A stretch of 64,000 nt of DNA from Monocercomonoides exilis PA203. Its lineage: Eukaryota > Protista > Preaxostyla. This document shows, one piece after another, positions 26,249 to 38,700 of the stretch. The notes beneath the pieces were generated by a model. It did no database searches and was not told the DNA's origin. It worked only from the letters and a program-made list of their open reading frames with translations. Position 1 is the first letter of the stretch; each line of letters begins with the position of its first letter. The stretch covers positions 620,001-684,000 of the forward strand of contig LSRY02000008.1 in NCBI GenBank assembly GCA_001643675.2, read 5' to 3'. A program made the translations under genes and the position numbers.

Positions 26249-27414
26249 TTCCAGAGGATATTCACGAGTGGGCAGCTCGATGTTCCAGTATATTTATTAC
26301 CCTCAGAGACAATGGAATGAAGCTGTCATGTTTGCAGCTCATCCGCTCAGCAGTTTCATTTTTCACAAGCTTGGTTTACAACACAAATTTAGGGGATATT
26401 CCTATAATAAAAATATTGTTCAGAGGGTTTAAAAGAACGGAGATGACAAGAAAGAAGAAGGTGCAAGAGATCTGGAATCCGAAGACCATTCTGACATACT
26501 TTTCTCATCTTGGAGAAAATCAAAGCTTGAGTTTCAAACATCTGACAATGAAAGCCATTGTGCTGACCATGTTATTCACTGCGTGCAGGTTTACAGAGTT
26601 GGAAAGAGTAGATATGGAACGATCCAGATTCGAGCAGGAAGGAATATATCTGGACACAAGGCTAAAAACATCGCTTAATCGAACAGAGATTTCCGTTCCT
26701 TTTTTTAATGAAAACCCGACAATTTGCCCAGCTTCGGCCATTCAAGTTTTGTGGGAAGAGATAAAGAAAAGAAGACCAGATGGAAATAAATTGTTTTTAA
26801 ATACCGAAACTTTTCATCCTCTTACAGTGGAAGGTATTAGAAAATTGGCAAAGGAGACATTGAAAGAAGCAGGAATTCCAGGCCATTTCACTCCTTATTC
26901 TATAAAGGCTGCAACACTTTCAACGCTAATGATGTCTGGAATTCCACCAACTCAGATTGCGAAGTTTGCCTTTCTTTCCCCTAGAACAGACACTTTGGTG
27001 AAGCATTATGTGAAGGCCAATCTTGCTTCAACCTTGGGGAAAGTGATTGCCTCAACGATGAATGTTCCCAGTGAAGAGTCAGCAAACAATCCGTGTGCAG
27101 AAAATGGTGTCAAGATGTGCGTCAAACCAGAAAGAGACCAGAAGAACAAAAAGGAGAGACGAGAAATGGAATCTGGGATGGTACTGAGGGATAATAAGTG
27201 CCTGATGAAGCCATGTTTGAGTGAGGAAGAAGCTAAAAATTCTGTTGAATTCCCTTCCAGAGTAGACGAGCCTGATGAGGAGATGGAGGAACAGAAGTCA
27301 CTTGGAGAACAATTCATTATTCGAACAAGATCACAAGCAAAAAAGGAGGAAGAGAGCAACAACGCAAAGAAGACGCACACTGTGGTAGTAATGATGGCTT
27401 CATCATCCAACTAA
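25522..27414 (+). CDS. DIRS tyrosine recombinase (YR) with non-canonical box II
   Basis: LFTACRFTEL (catalytic Arg), LKTS, ICPASAI, LFL, LKEAGIPGHFTPYSIKAAT, GIPPTQI, LVKHY (Tyr nucleophile). Overlaps the pol 3' end by ~727 nt, as in DIRS elements. Confidence 0.88.
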   Translation: MECRKESPSNTQKDMDIEGETEDSPESSSSPRIAKHKNRCFVPPGKSRRLQHCRQRAQRNLVCSSSYSNAGRLCSSTQPQGLSLVRNRKPIGRRRSGISMEERVRSGTSPSSPDTNDDSEGTEGESTSCITPAELEVAELGCVIGEDASSDIRMEESENSTEKGSINGKHRCMSSSRPVKSHIDQSTRVKGESWWRRALEERSFPVSLAEECISGIAQSTWDGYLFGFAHFGEQWEKSDMGIIPEDIHEWAARCSSIFITLRDNGMKLSCLQLIRSAVSFFTSLVYNTNLGDIPIIKILFRGFKRTEMTRKKKVQEIWNPKTILTYFSHLGENQSLSFKHLTMKAIVLTMLFTACRFTELERVDMERSRFEQEGIYLDTRLKTSLNRTEISVPFFNENPTICPASAIQVLWEEIKKRRPDGNKLFLNTETFHPLTVEGIRKLAKETLKEAGIPGHFTPYSIKAATLSTLMMSGIPPTQIAKFAFLSPRTDTLVKHYVKANLASTLGKVIASTMNVPSEESANNPCAENGVKMCVKPERDQKNKKERREMESGMVLRDNKCLMKPCLSEEEAKNSVEFPSRVDEPDEEMEEQKSLGEQFIIRTRSQAKKEEESNNAKKTHTVVVMMASSSN

Positions 27415-29175
27415 TTGATTCTTTCAAACAAGAGAAGGAATTGATGAAACACTTTCTTGATAATTAAGGTGCTTATGCACTTTAATTGCAATGATAATTT
27501 CAAGTTTTTTATTTCCAATATCCTTTTTCTTTTTTCTTTCCCTTTAGGTGCAACCTTGATGTTCTTTTGACTTTGGTTAACAAAATAAACTGCAGGAAGA
27601 AATGATAAAAGACAGACTGCTTCAATCAGAGATGCGAGAAGTCGATCTTATTTTAAAAAGAAAAGGTATTATGTTGTTTTGGAAATAGTTTTTAAATTGG
27701 TTTTCCATTTTTTTTATTTTCATTTTTATTTTTATTTTATTTTTATTTATTTATTTATTTATTTATTTATCTTAAAAATTTTAACGGACATATTTTGAAG
27801 ACTAAAAATATTTTTCGCTCAAAAACTGATTATGCCTGCAGATCCTCATCAATTCGATCCACGAAAACTTCCAGTCGCTTGTGAAGGCACACTCACTCAT
27901 CTTGCTTATTTCCCTGTGTTTCTGGCAGCATCTTCCTTTGAAAGCATCTGCTCTGTTTCCTTCCATCCGAATCATTGAATTACTCAGATACACGTTGGAT
28001 GGCATGCCATCATCGCTTGAGCAGCTTCTGGATGGGGAAAAGTTGCATTAACAGAATGGAAAGGCTGCTTCAGTGAGGAGAGTATGCTGACAGATGCGAA
28101 GGAAAAGAAAGAGAAGAGGGAGAAGAGAAAGGGAAAGAAGGGAAGAAAGGGAAGAAAAGAAAGAAGAAGAAGAAGAAGATCGAGTCGTGTTGAGAGGGGT
28201 ATTAAACGCAAAGGAAGAAGAAAAGGAGGAGAGTGAAAGAGAAAGAGTTGAAGAAGAATTAAAAACAGATTCATCATCATCATTATCTTTTTCTTCTTCT
28301 TCTTCCTCTTCTTCCTCTTTCTCTTTTCCTTCTTCGTCTTCGTCTTTATCTTCTTATTATTCAGAATCCTCAACTTTATTACCATCATCTTTGTTTTCTT
28401 CTTCTTCTTCTATAAATTAAAGAGACATTTCTTATTTCAAATTCTTCGCAAAAAGCCCATCAACTCAAATGAACAATTCAATTTTGATTTTTATTTTAAT
28501 TCTTCTCTCTTTCTCTTTCTCTCTCAATCTTCAATCTTCAATCTTCAGGGGATGCATCAAAACTCCCATCAGAATTTCTTCCTCTTCTCCGATTTACAAA
28601 TTAAACAGTTTTTTATTGCCTTCAGATGCTGCAAACGGATTGTTTTAACTTTTGGAAATGGAAATGATGAAGAATGAGGAAACAGGCAGAGGAAAGCGTT
28701 TGGGTTGAATGCTTCTCTTCACTTGAAGCAGCATCAACGTCGTTGTTTGCTGTTTTTGTTGCATTTACAACATTCACTGAGGGTTTCTGATATTCCTCGA
28801 AAGCAAAGGAAGCATTGCGAAAACACAATTTTCTTTTTGCCAATGAGCTGAAAAGAGGTTGTTTTGAGAAAAACAATCAAAAGAATGAATGAAGACTTTG
28901 AAATAAAAAATGTTTGTCAACTCATTTTGAGAAGAACTTTGGTGAAAGAAAGAAGAAAATGAAGAAATTGATGATTTTTAATATTTTAATTTGGAAAAAA
29001 TAAATTGAATTTTCTTTTCTTTTTTTTTTGTTATTTCTTCACTTCATTTTGATGAATCTGGATAACTAATCACTTTTAAAAGAAACTTATAAAAATTAAT
29101 TATTGCACCGTTTTGTGAAATGAATGAAAAAAGAGAAAATTGAAAATAAAGAGTTACAAAATACAATGAATTTCC

Positions 29176-30590
29176 TCAAACATAAACAAAATAACCAGAA
29201 ATATTAAAAGATAACTCATTAAAAGGTAAAGACAAATTTCTGTTAAGAAAATCAAATATTCCATAAAAACTTGTTATGGTATCTTCATATCCTTCTTCTT
29301 CCATCTTTTCAAATATCTTTCTTTTGATTGCCTTTCTTTTAACCTTTTCCTTTTCATCTTTCTCCTTTTCTTTCAATTTTTCCGAAACATTCGTAAAGAA
29401 TTGCAAGCAATTAAATAACATTCCGTCATCCACTGTTCGTCCCTGCATCTCCTCCAAAACAGCTTCAACAGCTCCTCCTTTCAACAACTCATCAACTTTC
29501 ACAACTCTATTTTCTGTTGCATTTCTCAAGGGATAAATGCATTGATTGCTAATAACGCTGTGATTATCCTTTGCCGCTCGAAATACCCGAACAACGCTTC
29601 CTATCAGTTCAACACATTCTTCGTTCCACAATTTGCAAAAGGAATTGTAATAATTAATAGCATCGAGCCATCTCATCAATATAAACTCATCTTTCGCTTC
29701 TTCTTTGCTCATTTCCTCTTTTTTCTTCTTCCAATTCACATTTCTTGTGAGTTCATTCAATTCTCTTGCTGCTTCCCTTCCGAAATGCAGCTCATTCACA
29801 ATCATATCTTTCAAGATGTAATCATTGGAATATATGTATATAAAGAATTTCCAAGCAGATTGATAGGCAAGTTTTGTGAGATTTCTGTGTTTCTGTTGAT
29901 GCTTAATGATTTCTATAATTTCTTTCAAATACAGTTCTTGCCTAAAATACTGATTAGAAATAAAGGGTAAAAAACATAACAAAAATGAAAAAGAAGTGCT
30001 CATACACAATATCCCATATCGCTCAAACCCAGCAAAGCAATTTCCACTTCTTTTTGTGTTTCTTCTCTTTTGTCTTTCATCAAAGCATTTTTCAGAAGAC
30101 AAGGCACGCAGATTGAAAGCAATTCCGGTGAAATCACTCCATCTTTCAACAAAGCAAAGCATTTGCAGAGATCTATCAGAAGCTTTTCGTTTTTTTCTTC
30201 ATTTTTCGTCGCTTTATTTAAAATCATCCTCACAAATATATAGTCCAACGAAGTTCCGTTAAAGTTCAGTTTGGATATTTTTTTCAATGCTTTGTAATAA
30301 CCAACATGCTTCAGCAGCAAAATTGCATTTTCCATTGACATTTTCTTTTCTTCAATCTTTATGGATATTTTGTTGAATAGCTTTTCGATTAAAATGGTCT
30401 CCAATTCTTTTTGCTTCATTTCTTCCATAAGTCCATTCATTTCTTCAATTTTCTTTCTTTGTTCATCTTCATCGCAATCTTCAATCCCAAAAAACAATTC
30501 TGTAATAAGAAAATAGTTTAATCAGAATAAGCCAGAATTCAAATGCAACAATGAATGCACACTATTGAACTTTTTTGTGCTGTCTGTCTC
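29176..30590 (-). CDS. Family X gene, copy B' (3' part identical to copy B, 5' part different; first exon may be defective)
   Basis: ORF 29176-30162 is identical to 20460-21446. ORF 30000-30497 diverges N-terminal to FNKISIKIEEKK. The putative exon 1 shows ACA-TAG where copy B has ATG-CAG. Confidence 0.65.
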
Positions 30591-33500
30591 CTATGTACAG
30601 ATTTTTTTTAAAAAAATTGAATGAAGACAGCAATGCCATTTTGATATTCACAATGAAAGTTCATTTGATTGGATTGAAGAAAACGTATGAAAAATGAAAA
30701 CTCACAAAAGCCCTAAAAAAATAAATTCATTCAAACTATTCCATCTTTCGATAACATTTTCGACTTGTATTTTCAAAGAAATAAAACTGTTAATATATTG
30801 AAATCTTTTGTAATGGATTCCATGATCATCAGATTTGAAAAAACGGAATTATCCGTCCATAAAATGAGAATTCCGTGAGAGAACATTTCTTGTAGTACTA
30901 GGAATATTATTTCCTGTGATGACAACAAGAAATGAGGCAATGCAATATTTTTGGAATTCTGTCTGATGATTTTTGGTAATTTGATGACCAAGGGGAATGC
31001 AACAATTTCATCAATAACACAAAAAGACATTATGTATGCAACTTATATTGTTCTATTGATTGTGAAGATATTTCTATTTGTATCCTCTCCAGAGTCCAGA
31101 AATCCTGCTTATTGTTGAAATGGCCAATCTCCGCTTTGGAGAGAAAGATGATGAGAATGGAGCTGATTATTATATAGCCATTGGGAAATAAATGAAGTTT
31201 CGCAAGATACATGATTTTCATGATTTTTATTTGGTGCAGGAGGTGAAATCAAATTCAACTTTCATATTATAAAATGAAGATTTATGGATGGAATTCTGTG
31301 AAGGATAAAATCTGCACAAAATTATATAGCACTTGGGAGCATAAGGCAGGGGAAGCGGTTTTTTGGCAAGGAAAGTGGTTAGCCAACCAAGGGAATGATA
31401 TTAATCACTTAAAAACAGGCAAGAATTCAACAAAAAAAAGGAGGGCCCCAAAATATCGGTTTTATTTATAAAGTTTTCCTGTTTCTCGGACTGCGCCAGG
31501 CAGACATGGAAAGCAACAAAATTCTATTTCTGATTCCGCTTTTGTTTCAAAAGAGTGGAGAAACGCCATCGAAGATACAACTTATTGTCGAGCATTTTTT
31601 TATCAATCGGACAACATTCAAGCCAACTTCATTTGAAATTCGTTCTTCGAAGGGACAGCCATTTTGAGCAATCAACGTGATTATCATTCGAAATTTGCTT
31701 TCTTCGGAGCCACAGGCAACTGCAGAAAAAATACAGAATATTTTTGATCAGCCTCTTCAAGCGCAGCCATCCAGAGATTTTATTGCTATGCTTCATTTGT
31801 GTGGCATCGATGTGGTGTTGATTTGTAAGGGCTGTGCTGCTTCGCATTGGGTGCGCTGAGGTGTTTGCAAACGTTAGACAAGACGGCCATGTTTTCTCAG
31901 ACAAACATTGAGAGTGGACAATTTCTCTGAAGACTGTTTGATTTATTTGTTTATTTCTGGTTGCAATGCTGTTGGCCTGTGTTTATCTTGCGTTGCGGCT
32001 TTCAAATAAGAAATGGCTTTTTTATAAAAAAAATGGAGAATTTCATCAGATTCTGCTTTCAATCGAACATTTTAATGGAACTGGTTGAGTTCGCTCTTCT
32101 CCTCAGAGGCTTGGCCGTCAACAAGGTGAATGAAGCATCACTGTGTTCTTTCATCTTCTTTCTAGCATTGCAACAATTATTGAAGCAAAAATATTATTTT
32201 TTTTTCAAATGTGAGGGAGCTTCCACAGCGTGTGGGAGCTCATGCGATGAGAAGGAGGATTCAATTGTTTGTGTGAGGGAGACAGCAGCAGCTGCTGTTG
32301 TTGTTGCCAGGCAGTCAAATTAAAACAGTTCTATTTCTGAAATGTCTGATGGTTGATTGTAACATCACAGGCGATTCAGCTGTGAAGTCGAATGGAGACA
32401 GCACAAGAAAAGCAAAAGACTGCTCCAATCAGAAGCAACTTAAGAGAGACATTTGTTGCATTGAAGGAACAATGGAAGAAGAAAATGAATGACAATGAAA
32501 GAAAGAGGAGGAGGAAGAAGAAGAAAAAGAAATAAAGAAGAAGATAATTATGATGAGTTCGAAGAAGAAGAAAAAGAAGAAGAAGACGAAGAAGAAATAG
32601 AAGAGGAGGAGGAAGAAGAAGAAGAATCAACAGTCGAAATACAAATAGGTTTCACATTGATTGCGAAAAGAGGAAAAAATTTGCATTCTTCAATTTCATT
32701 TTGAATCGGTAAAGAAGACGAAAAATGGGAAATTCGATCAAAATTGTTGGGTTTTTTGCGGGCAAACTGCAAAAGATGGCTCGATGAGTATTTTGAGGGA
32801 TGAAGAAGAGAATTTATTAATGGGTTCGGAGAAATTGTCTTCGGAGAAACAGAATTTGAAGAAAATGAAGAAAAAGAAGAATTTGAAGGATCTTCGAAGA
32901 GATTGATGGAAAAGTTGTTGAAGAAGAAGGAGAAAGAAGGAGAAATGAAATTGATGTGATTGAGAAATAGAGGAAGAAAGAAGGAAATAAGTGAATTTGA
33001 GGAGGAAGAGGAAGGTGAAGAAAGCGATGATGATGAGGTTGGCAATACATTCAGAGAGATATAAAGAAGATACACAGAAGAAGAAGAAGGCTTTTCTGTT
33101 GGAAAGTCATGTTGAATACAGAAATAAAATGAACAATTGACGAGATATCGTTCATCCATTCGGCTGTCCCATTGAATTCAACTGAACATGAAATGCTCAA
33201 TCAAACAAGACAAATCGAATAATTCGATTTTTCTTTCATCAGAGCAGACAGTATGACAGAACATGAATCAATGAACTTGTCACTCCCTTCATTCAGACTG
33301 AATGCGATTCAAAAAAAGAAAGATGAATTCCTTCCATTGAAGACTGTTCATTGTTTTCACCCAAATTAAGAAATGGCGATTTGTGCACCATCTTTGTGTT
33401 TCTCAAGACTTAGTTGCTTTTGCTGTTTCATTTTTTCAGTCTCGTTCTGTCTGAAAGAAAACCGCTTTTTCTGTTGAATTTGCAAAACAATTCGCAGTTC

Positions 33501-34261
33501 AAAAAAAGTTCATTTTCTGCTCTTCTTTTGTTGTGTCTTTGTCTGCTTTTCAAAATGAAAACCTTTGTTGTTGGAGTTGGTCTCTCAAATAAAACTTTTT
33601 TTGCTTAATTCCAAATTCCAAAATGTCATTTTGGGCTTGGCGAATTTTGTTCGGTTCTTTCTCCAAATTAGTTTGTTTTGCATTTGCATCCTTTTGACAC
33701 AATTGCCCTTTTCTTTTGCTCTTCTTATCTTTTTTGATTTTTGAATTCTTTCATCTTCAACAACTCAACGAATCATTTTAATAAGAAGATTAAAAAGAAG
33801 GCAAGTTGAAAAAAGATCACATTGTTAAGGTGTGCAAACATTTGTTCTCCTTGTTTCAGTCAGAATTGATGAATCCAAATGAGAAACATATTTATTCCTC
33901 AAGAATCGTTTTATTTGCCCGTTTCTATTTTCTCACAAAAAGAATTTCATTTGTTTCTTAGAAGCGGTTGCAATTCCATCTCAGAATGCATTTGCTTCAA
34001 ATTGAAAAAAGACAAAAAAAAATATCATCATTATGAATTTCTGTTGGTTTGATCAATCAGAAACAAAAAAGTTTTCCATTCTTTCCCATTCAGCCGAGCT
34101 CTGCTGTCTCGTTGAACATTTATTGCAAAAACAATTATTTTATAGAACAAAGCAATTTGTGTTGAAGTTGAACTTGCTTCTTGAAAGAAAATAAATGACG
34201 TTTGAATTTTTCGTTTATTTTGTTGAGAAAAGAATGAATATGAACATGTTATTCACTGAAC

Positions 34262-35729
34262 ATGATAAGCAAAAAGGATTTTCGAGCTATTGATAAGTCT
34301 ATCGATGAGTTCAAAAAGAAGTCATCAAATGAGCATTTTTCAGGTTTGTTCATGATTCTGTGATTTGAAAGCCCAATTCTGTTTGTTATTTTATCATTTT
34401 CGAAGAATTTCTTCGTGAGCTGGGGCGTTGCGATGGGAATGCACAAAGACAGAAAATCCTTGAAATGAATGAAATAATTGAAGAAATGGAGGAAGAAGAA
34501 TTTGAATCTGTCTTCACAAAAGAAATGTTCGATGAAATGGACGAAATGATTAAAGAGGGGGAAGTGAAAATTGAAAATGCTTTTTATTTGCTGAAACACC
34601 TTGGATATTGCATCGTTTTGAATGACATGTGGGTTTCAGGTTTTGGGTATTCTTCATTGAACAAAAGATTCGAGAAAATGATTATAAATGAAAAAGAAAA
34701 GACAGAAGATAAGGATGAAAGGCTTCTGGTTGATCTTTGTAAAAGTTATGCTTGTATAAGCACCTTCTTCTCAAAGGAATTGATTTCAATCTGTGTACCG
34801 TGCCTTCTGAAAGCTGCATCGAGCAAGAAGAGAAACAAGGAAACCCAAAAGGAAATAGAAATGGCGTTGTTTGCTATATGTCACATTGGGAAATGTTTTG
34901 TATGATTTTTCTTTTCTCTCTTTGTTGAATTGATTTTGCTTTTTTTTATCTATTTTTTTTTGATAAGATATTGGATTATGAACTGTATCGTTATAAGATC
35001 AAAGAGATTATCCTTTATCATCAAAAACACAACAATCTGACTCGACTTGCATGTCAATCATCTTGGCAGTTTTTGGTAAACGGATTACCATACTACGATT
35101 GCTTTGAAGGGGTAATTGTGAATGAACTGCATTTTGCGAGAGAAGCAGCAAGAGAATTAAAAGAGCTGATGAAAAGTGTGGATTGGAAGAGAAAAAAAGA
35201 AGAAAGAGGAAGAGAAACGAAAGAAGAGCTTGTTTTATTGAGATGGCTTAAAACCTTGGAACGTTATTTTCTCTCTTGCACAATGTGGAATGAAGAATTT
35301 GTCGGACTTTTAAACAGTATTGTTCGGGTATTTCTGGCAGCTAAGGATAATTACAGAGAAGTGTACCTTCAATGCATTCATTTATTGAAAAAAATAGCAG
35401 ATAATAAAGCGATAGAAATTGACGTCTTATTGAAAGGAGGAGCTGTTAATGCAGTTTTGGAGAAGATGCAGCTACAAACATTGAATAAATATGAAACATA
35501 TCAATTCATGTTATTTTTTATTGAGATTTCAATTCGATTGAAAATAAAGAAGAAGGATGAAGTGGAAGAAGCGAAAAGAAAGGCAACAAAAAAAGAGTTT
35601 TTGGAAAAGATGGAAGAAGAAGGATACGAAGACACCATCACAAGCTTTCATGAAATTTTTATTTTTTTCAACAGACAATATTGTCATGGACTGTCGTTGA
35701 ATATTTCAGACTATTTTGTGAATGTTTAA
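34262..35729 (+). CDS. Family X gene, copy A': join(34262..34343,34406..34899,34968..35729)
   Basis: Introns GTTTGT..CGAAG (34344-34405, phase 1) and GTATGA..TAAG (34900-34967, phase 0) give an uninterrupted frame MISKKDFRA..EFLRELGRC..CFILDYELY..SDYFVNV*. Confidence 0.85.
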
Positions 35730-38700
35730 AGAAAAAGAACGTGTTGAATTTTGAAACTCAAAAGTTGTTCTTTCTTTTCTTATCATTTCACAAAATGGAA
35801 AACAATCCTTTAAAAAGCTCTTCATGGATTTCTCAACAGATAATTCTGCAAGGAAAAATTCGACCGTTGATAATTTTCTGAAAGGTTCAAATACGAACAT
35901 CATCTGAATTAATCAAGTGTGTTCCAATTAAAAAAAAGTTTATTCTGTTGCTGCATTTATTTATTTGATTAGAAAGTTTTGTCCAAATATGAAAAACTAT
36001 ATCTTTATTTCTTTATTTCTGAATTTCAACTATTTTTTCTTGTTTAGTTAATTCAACAATTATCTTGAACAGTTTTTTGACACTTTTTTTGTGAAGAATG
36101 ACAATAAAAATTTGTATGAGAAGAACCATATTGACTTTATTTTTTCAATTATTTGTTAAAAATATCGTTTTTTTTCACGCATATGCGGACTTGAAGAGAA
36201 ACACCTGTGAAATCATTGATAAACATGTGTGTGATTATTTTCAAAAAGAACGTGTCTTTGAAAATGGGTGATTATTTTTGTAATCATAACTATTTTCGGG
36301 GTATCGAATTTTTATATTTCGTTTGTCAATGAATTGAATATTATTATTCCAGTATTTTTTAAATTGCATTTGTATAATGAAGCACATTTTAAATTGCATT
36401 AATGACATTTTTTTGAAGATAGTGTTATCACTTTTATATGTTCACTGACAAATATGCAAAACAAATTTTCAAACCAAATATTTTTACAAAAAAAAAATGA
36501 TTTCAAAAAGGATCAGCCATATTTCAACACATCGAATAATGTGAAGATTTCAATAATTATATCTAATATGGCAATGTGTGCTTAAAAAAAAATATTAATT
36601 TGATTTCATTTTTTTTATTGAAAAAAAATGGTTTGCTCAAAAAAAAAAGGAGAATTTCAAATAAGTTTTTTTTCTTTTGTCAAAAAAATATTTTTTTGGA
36701 AAAATCATATTTGTTCAATTTTCTGAGGAAATAAAAATATAGCGCATTTTGATTAGATTCTTGTTCCGGCCAACGAAATTACATATGAATTGAATAAATA
36801 TCATTATTTATGAAAAATTCCAATTTTAATAAAATGTTAAGTGCCTGAAGTGAAATTCTTTCGAAATGTTTGATATTCTTTTTCACTTGAGTATGAAACA
36901 AAAGATATTTTCACAAAAATATTATTCAATTGCCTGATTGCCTTTGAACCATTTTGGATATTTTTTGAGCAAGCACTCAAAATGAATGATCCACATATTT
37001 TGTTTGATGAACAAAATCGAATGTAATTATTGACTATTATGACAAATGAAATTATTGAAACAGGATGAAATTCTTTCGGGTTTTGCTCAACTTTTTGTGA
37101 AAATGTCCGATTGTGATAATATCCCAAATTGTTTGAAACAGAGAATTCCAACGCTGATATTTATGATCAATAATTTATCTTTCAAATTTTTTTGATATTC
37201 ATGAAATTCATGTTAAATTAACGTTTTGAAATTTTGGTAATTACTATTTTGAGAGTTTTCTTATGTCATTGATTCTGACAAAATCGTTTATTAGAAAATT
37301 TGAAGTCTTTGATGAAAAACTTATTTCCCATTGAAATAAGAACCATTTTTTTTTTGAAAAGTGTATTTTGAAAAAAAAATTTCTTTGTGATTCTATGAGA
37401 TGGGAAATTTATTAGAATGTGTCAAAAAAATGTTTGTTCACAGAATGATGTGCTGATATCCGATATTGATCGTTATCGATGTGATTGGATAGGGTTTCGA
37501 CTTTGAAATGAACTTATGAATAAGCGTTAAAAAGGAGAAAAAATAAAAACAAGAAAAGAACCAAATTTTTTCTTCATTCTCAAAAAATGACCATTATCCC
37601 TAATTTTTGTCCTTCACTTCTTCCGATTGTTGACTTTTGTTTGAAAATCATTTTTAACATTCACTTTGTTCAGTTTTTCATTTTGCATATTTTTATGTTG
37701 AGGAGGAATCAAAAACTTTCAAACAAGTGGACAAACAAAAAATGAATGAAAACGACTTATTCGAAATTCATATTTCAAAAAATCTCACCACTTATTTTTT
37801 TGAAAATCCTAAAAAATTTCCATTTTGAATTTGTCTCATTTTGAACATTTTTTTTTTTTAATTACAATTTCTTTTTTTCAAATCTCAAACAATAGAAAAC
37901 AATGAACTTCAAAATCCTTCGAAGAATAAAATATCTAAATACAAGTGTTTGAAAATTTAAAATGGATTTTTGTCCTTTTTCGTGAAACAAGTTGATATGA
38001 TATTTTGAAAAGACATTTTTCTCGAAAGATAATTATTGATTAATTCAAATCATTCTTCTTAAAGGCAAGAATAATTTGCATAACTGTAATAAAGTCGTTG
38101 CACACAAATGCGTTAATAAGTTGAAAAAATAAACAATAAATAATTACAAATGTTGAGTTTTTTTTATTTTGCGCAACCATAACAGATGCTTTGATAACTA
38201 TAAAATCCAAATAAAACCTTATTGTGAGAGCAGCATCAAAAGGAAAGGGCAAGAACTACTCTGCTCTTTGCATGCGATGGAGATGCGGAGGGGAAAGGGT
38301 TATAAGCGAGGGTTTTTTTGAAAGGAGGGAGAATAATCAAACACGTATTCATCCAGACAGCTCAACAGCTAGAACAAACAAAATTCGGAATAAAGGCAAT
38401 ACGTCCAACAGATGCTTCAGCAGTGGGAACCTTTTCATCTGCAAGAGCCAAATTGTTGCAAACAGCGGAGGAGATGCTGATCATTTCGTCAAAACGCAAC
38501 AAACGTCATCCGCGTCGACAGAGAATGCCTTTGAGTGCTCCGCTAGTTTTTTTTCCAACGTCACCTTTTTTTTGTTACATGTATTATGTTTGCCTTGGCA
38601 AGAGAAGCCAAAATTATTTCATTGATTTTGCCAATATCCCAAATCAACATCCAATTTCATTCCGATTTGCATTCTTCTCCGAATATGCTCCCATTTTAAT

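Larger units (their letters stand above)
23194..27429 (+). mobile_element. DIRS-like tyrosine-recombinase retrotransposon, internal coding body. True termini/ITRs are hidden inside the flanking inverted repeat.
   Basis: Order ORF1, RT-RNase H-adenine MTase-like, overlapping tyrosine recombinase, flanked by inverted repeats. This matches the established DIRS1-group architecture. GC content is higher than in the flanks. Confidence 0.92.
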
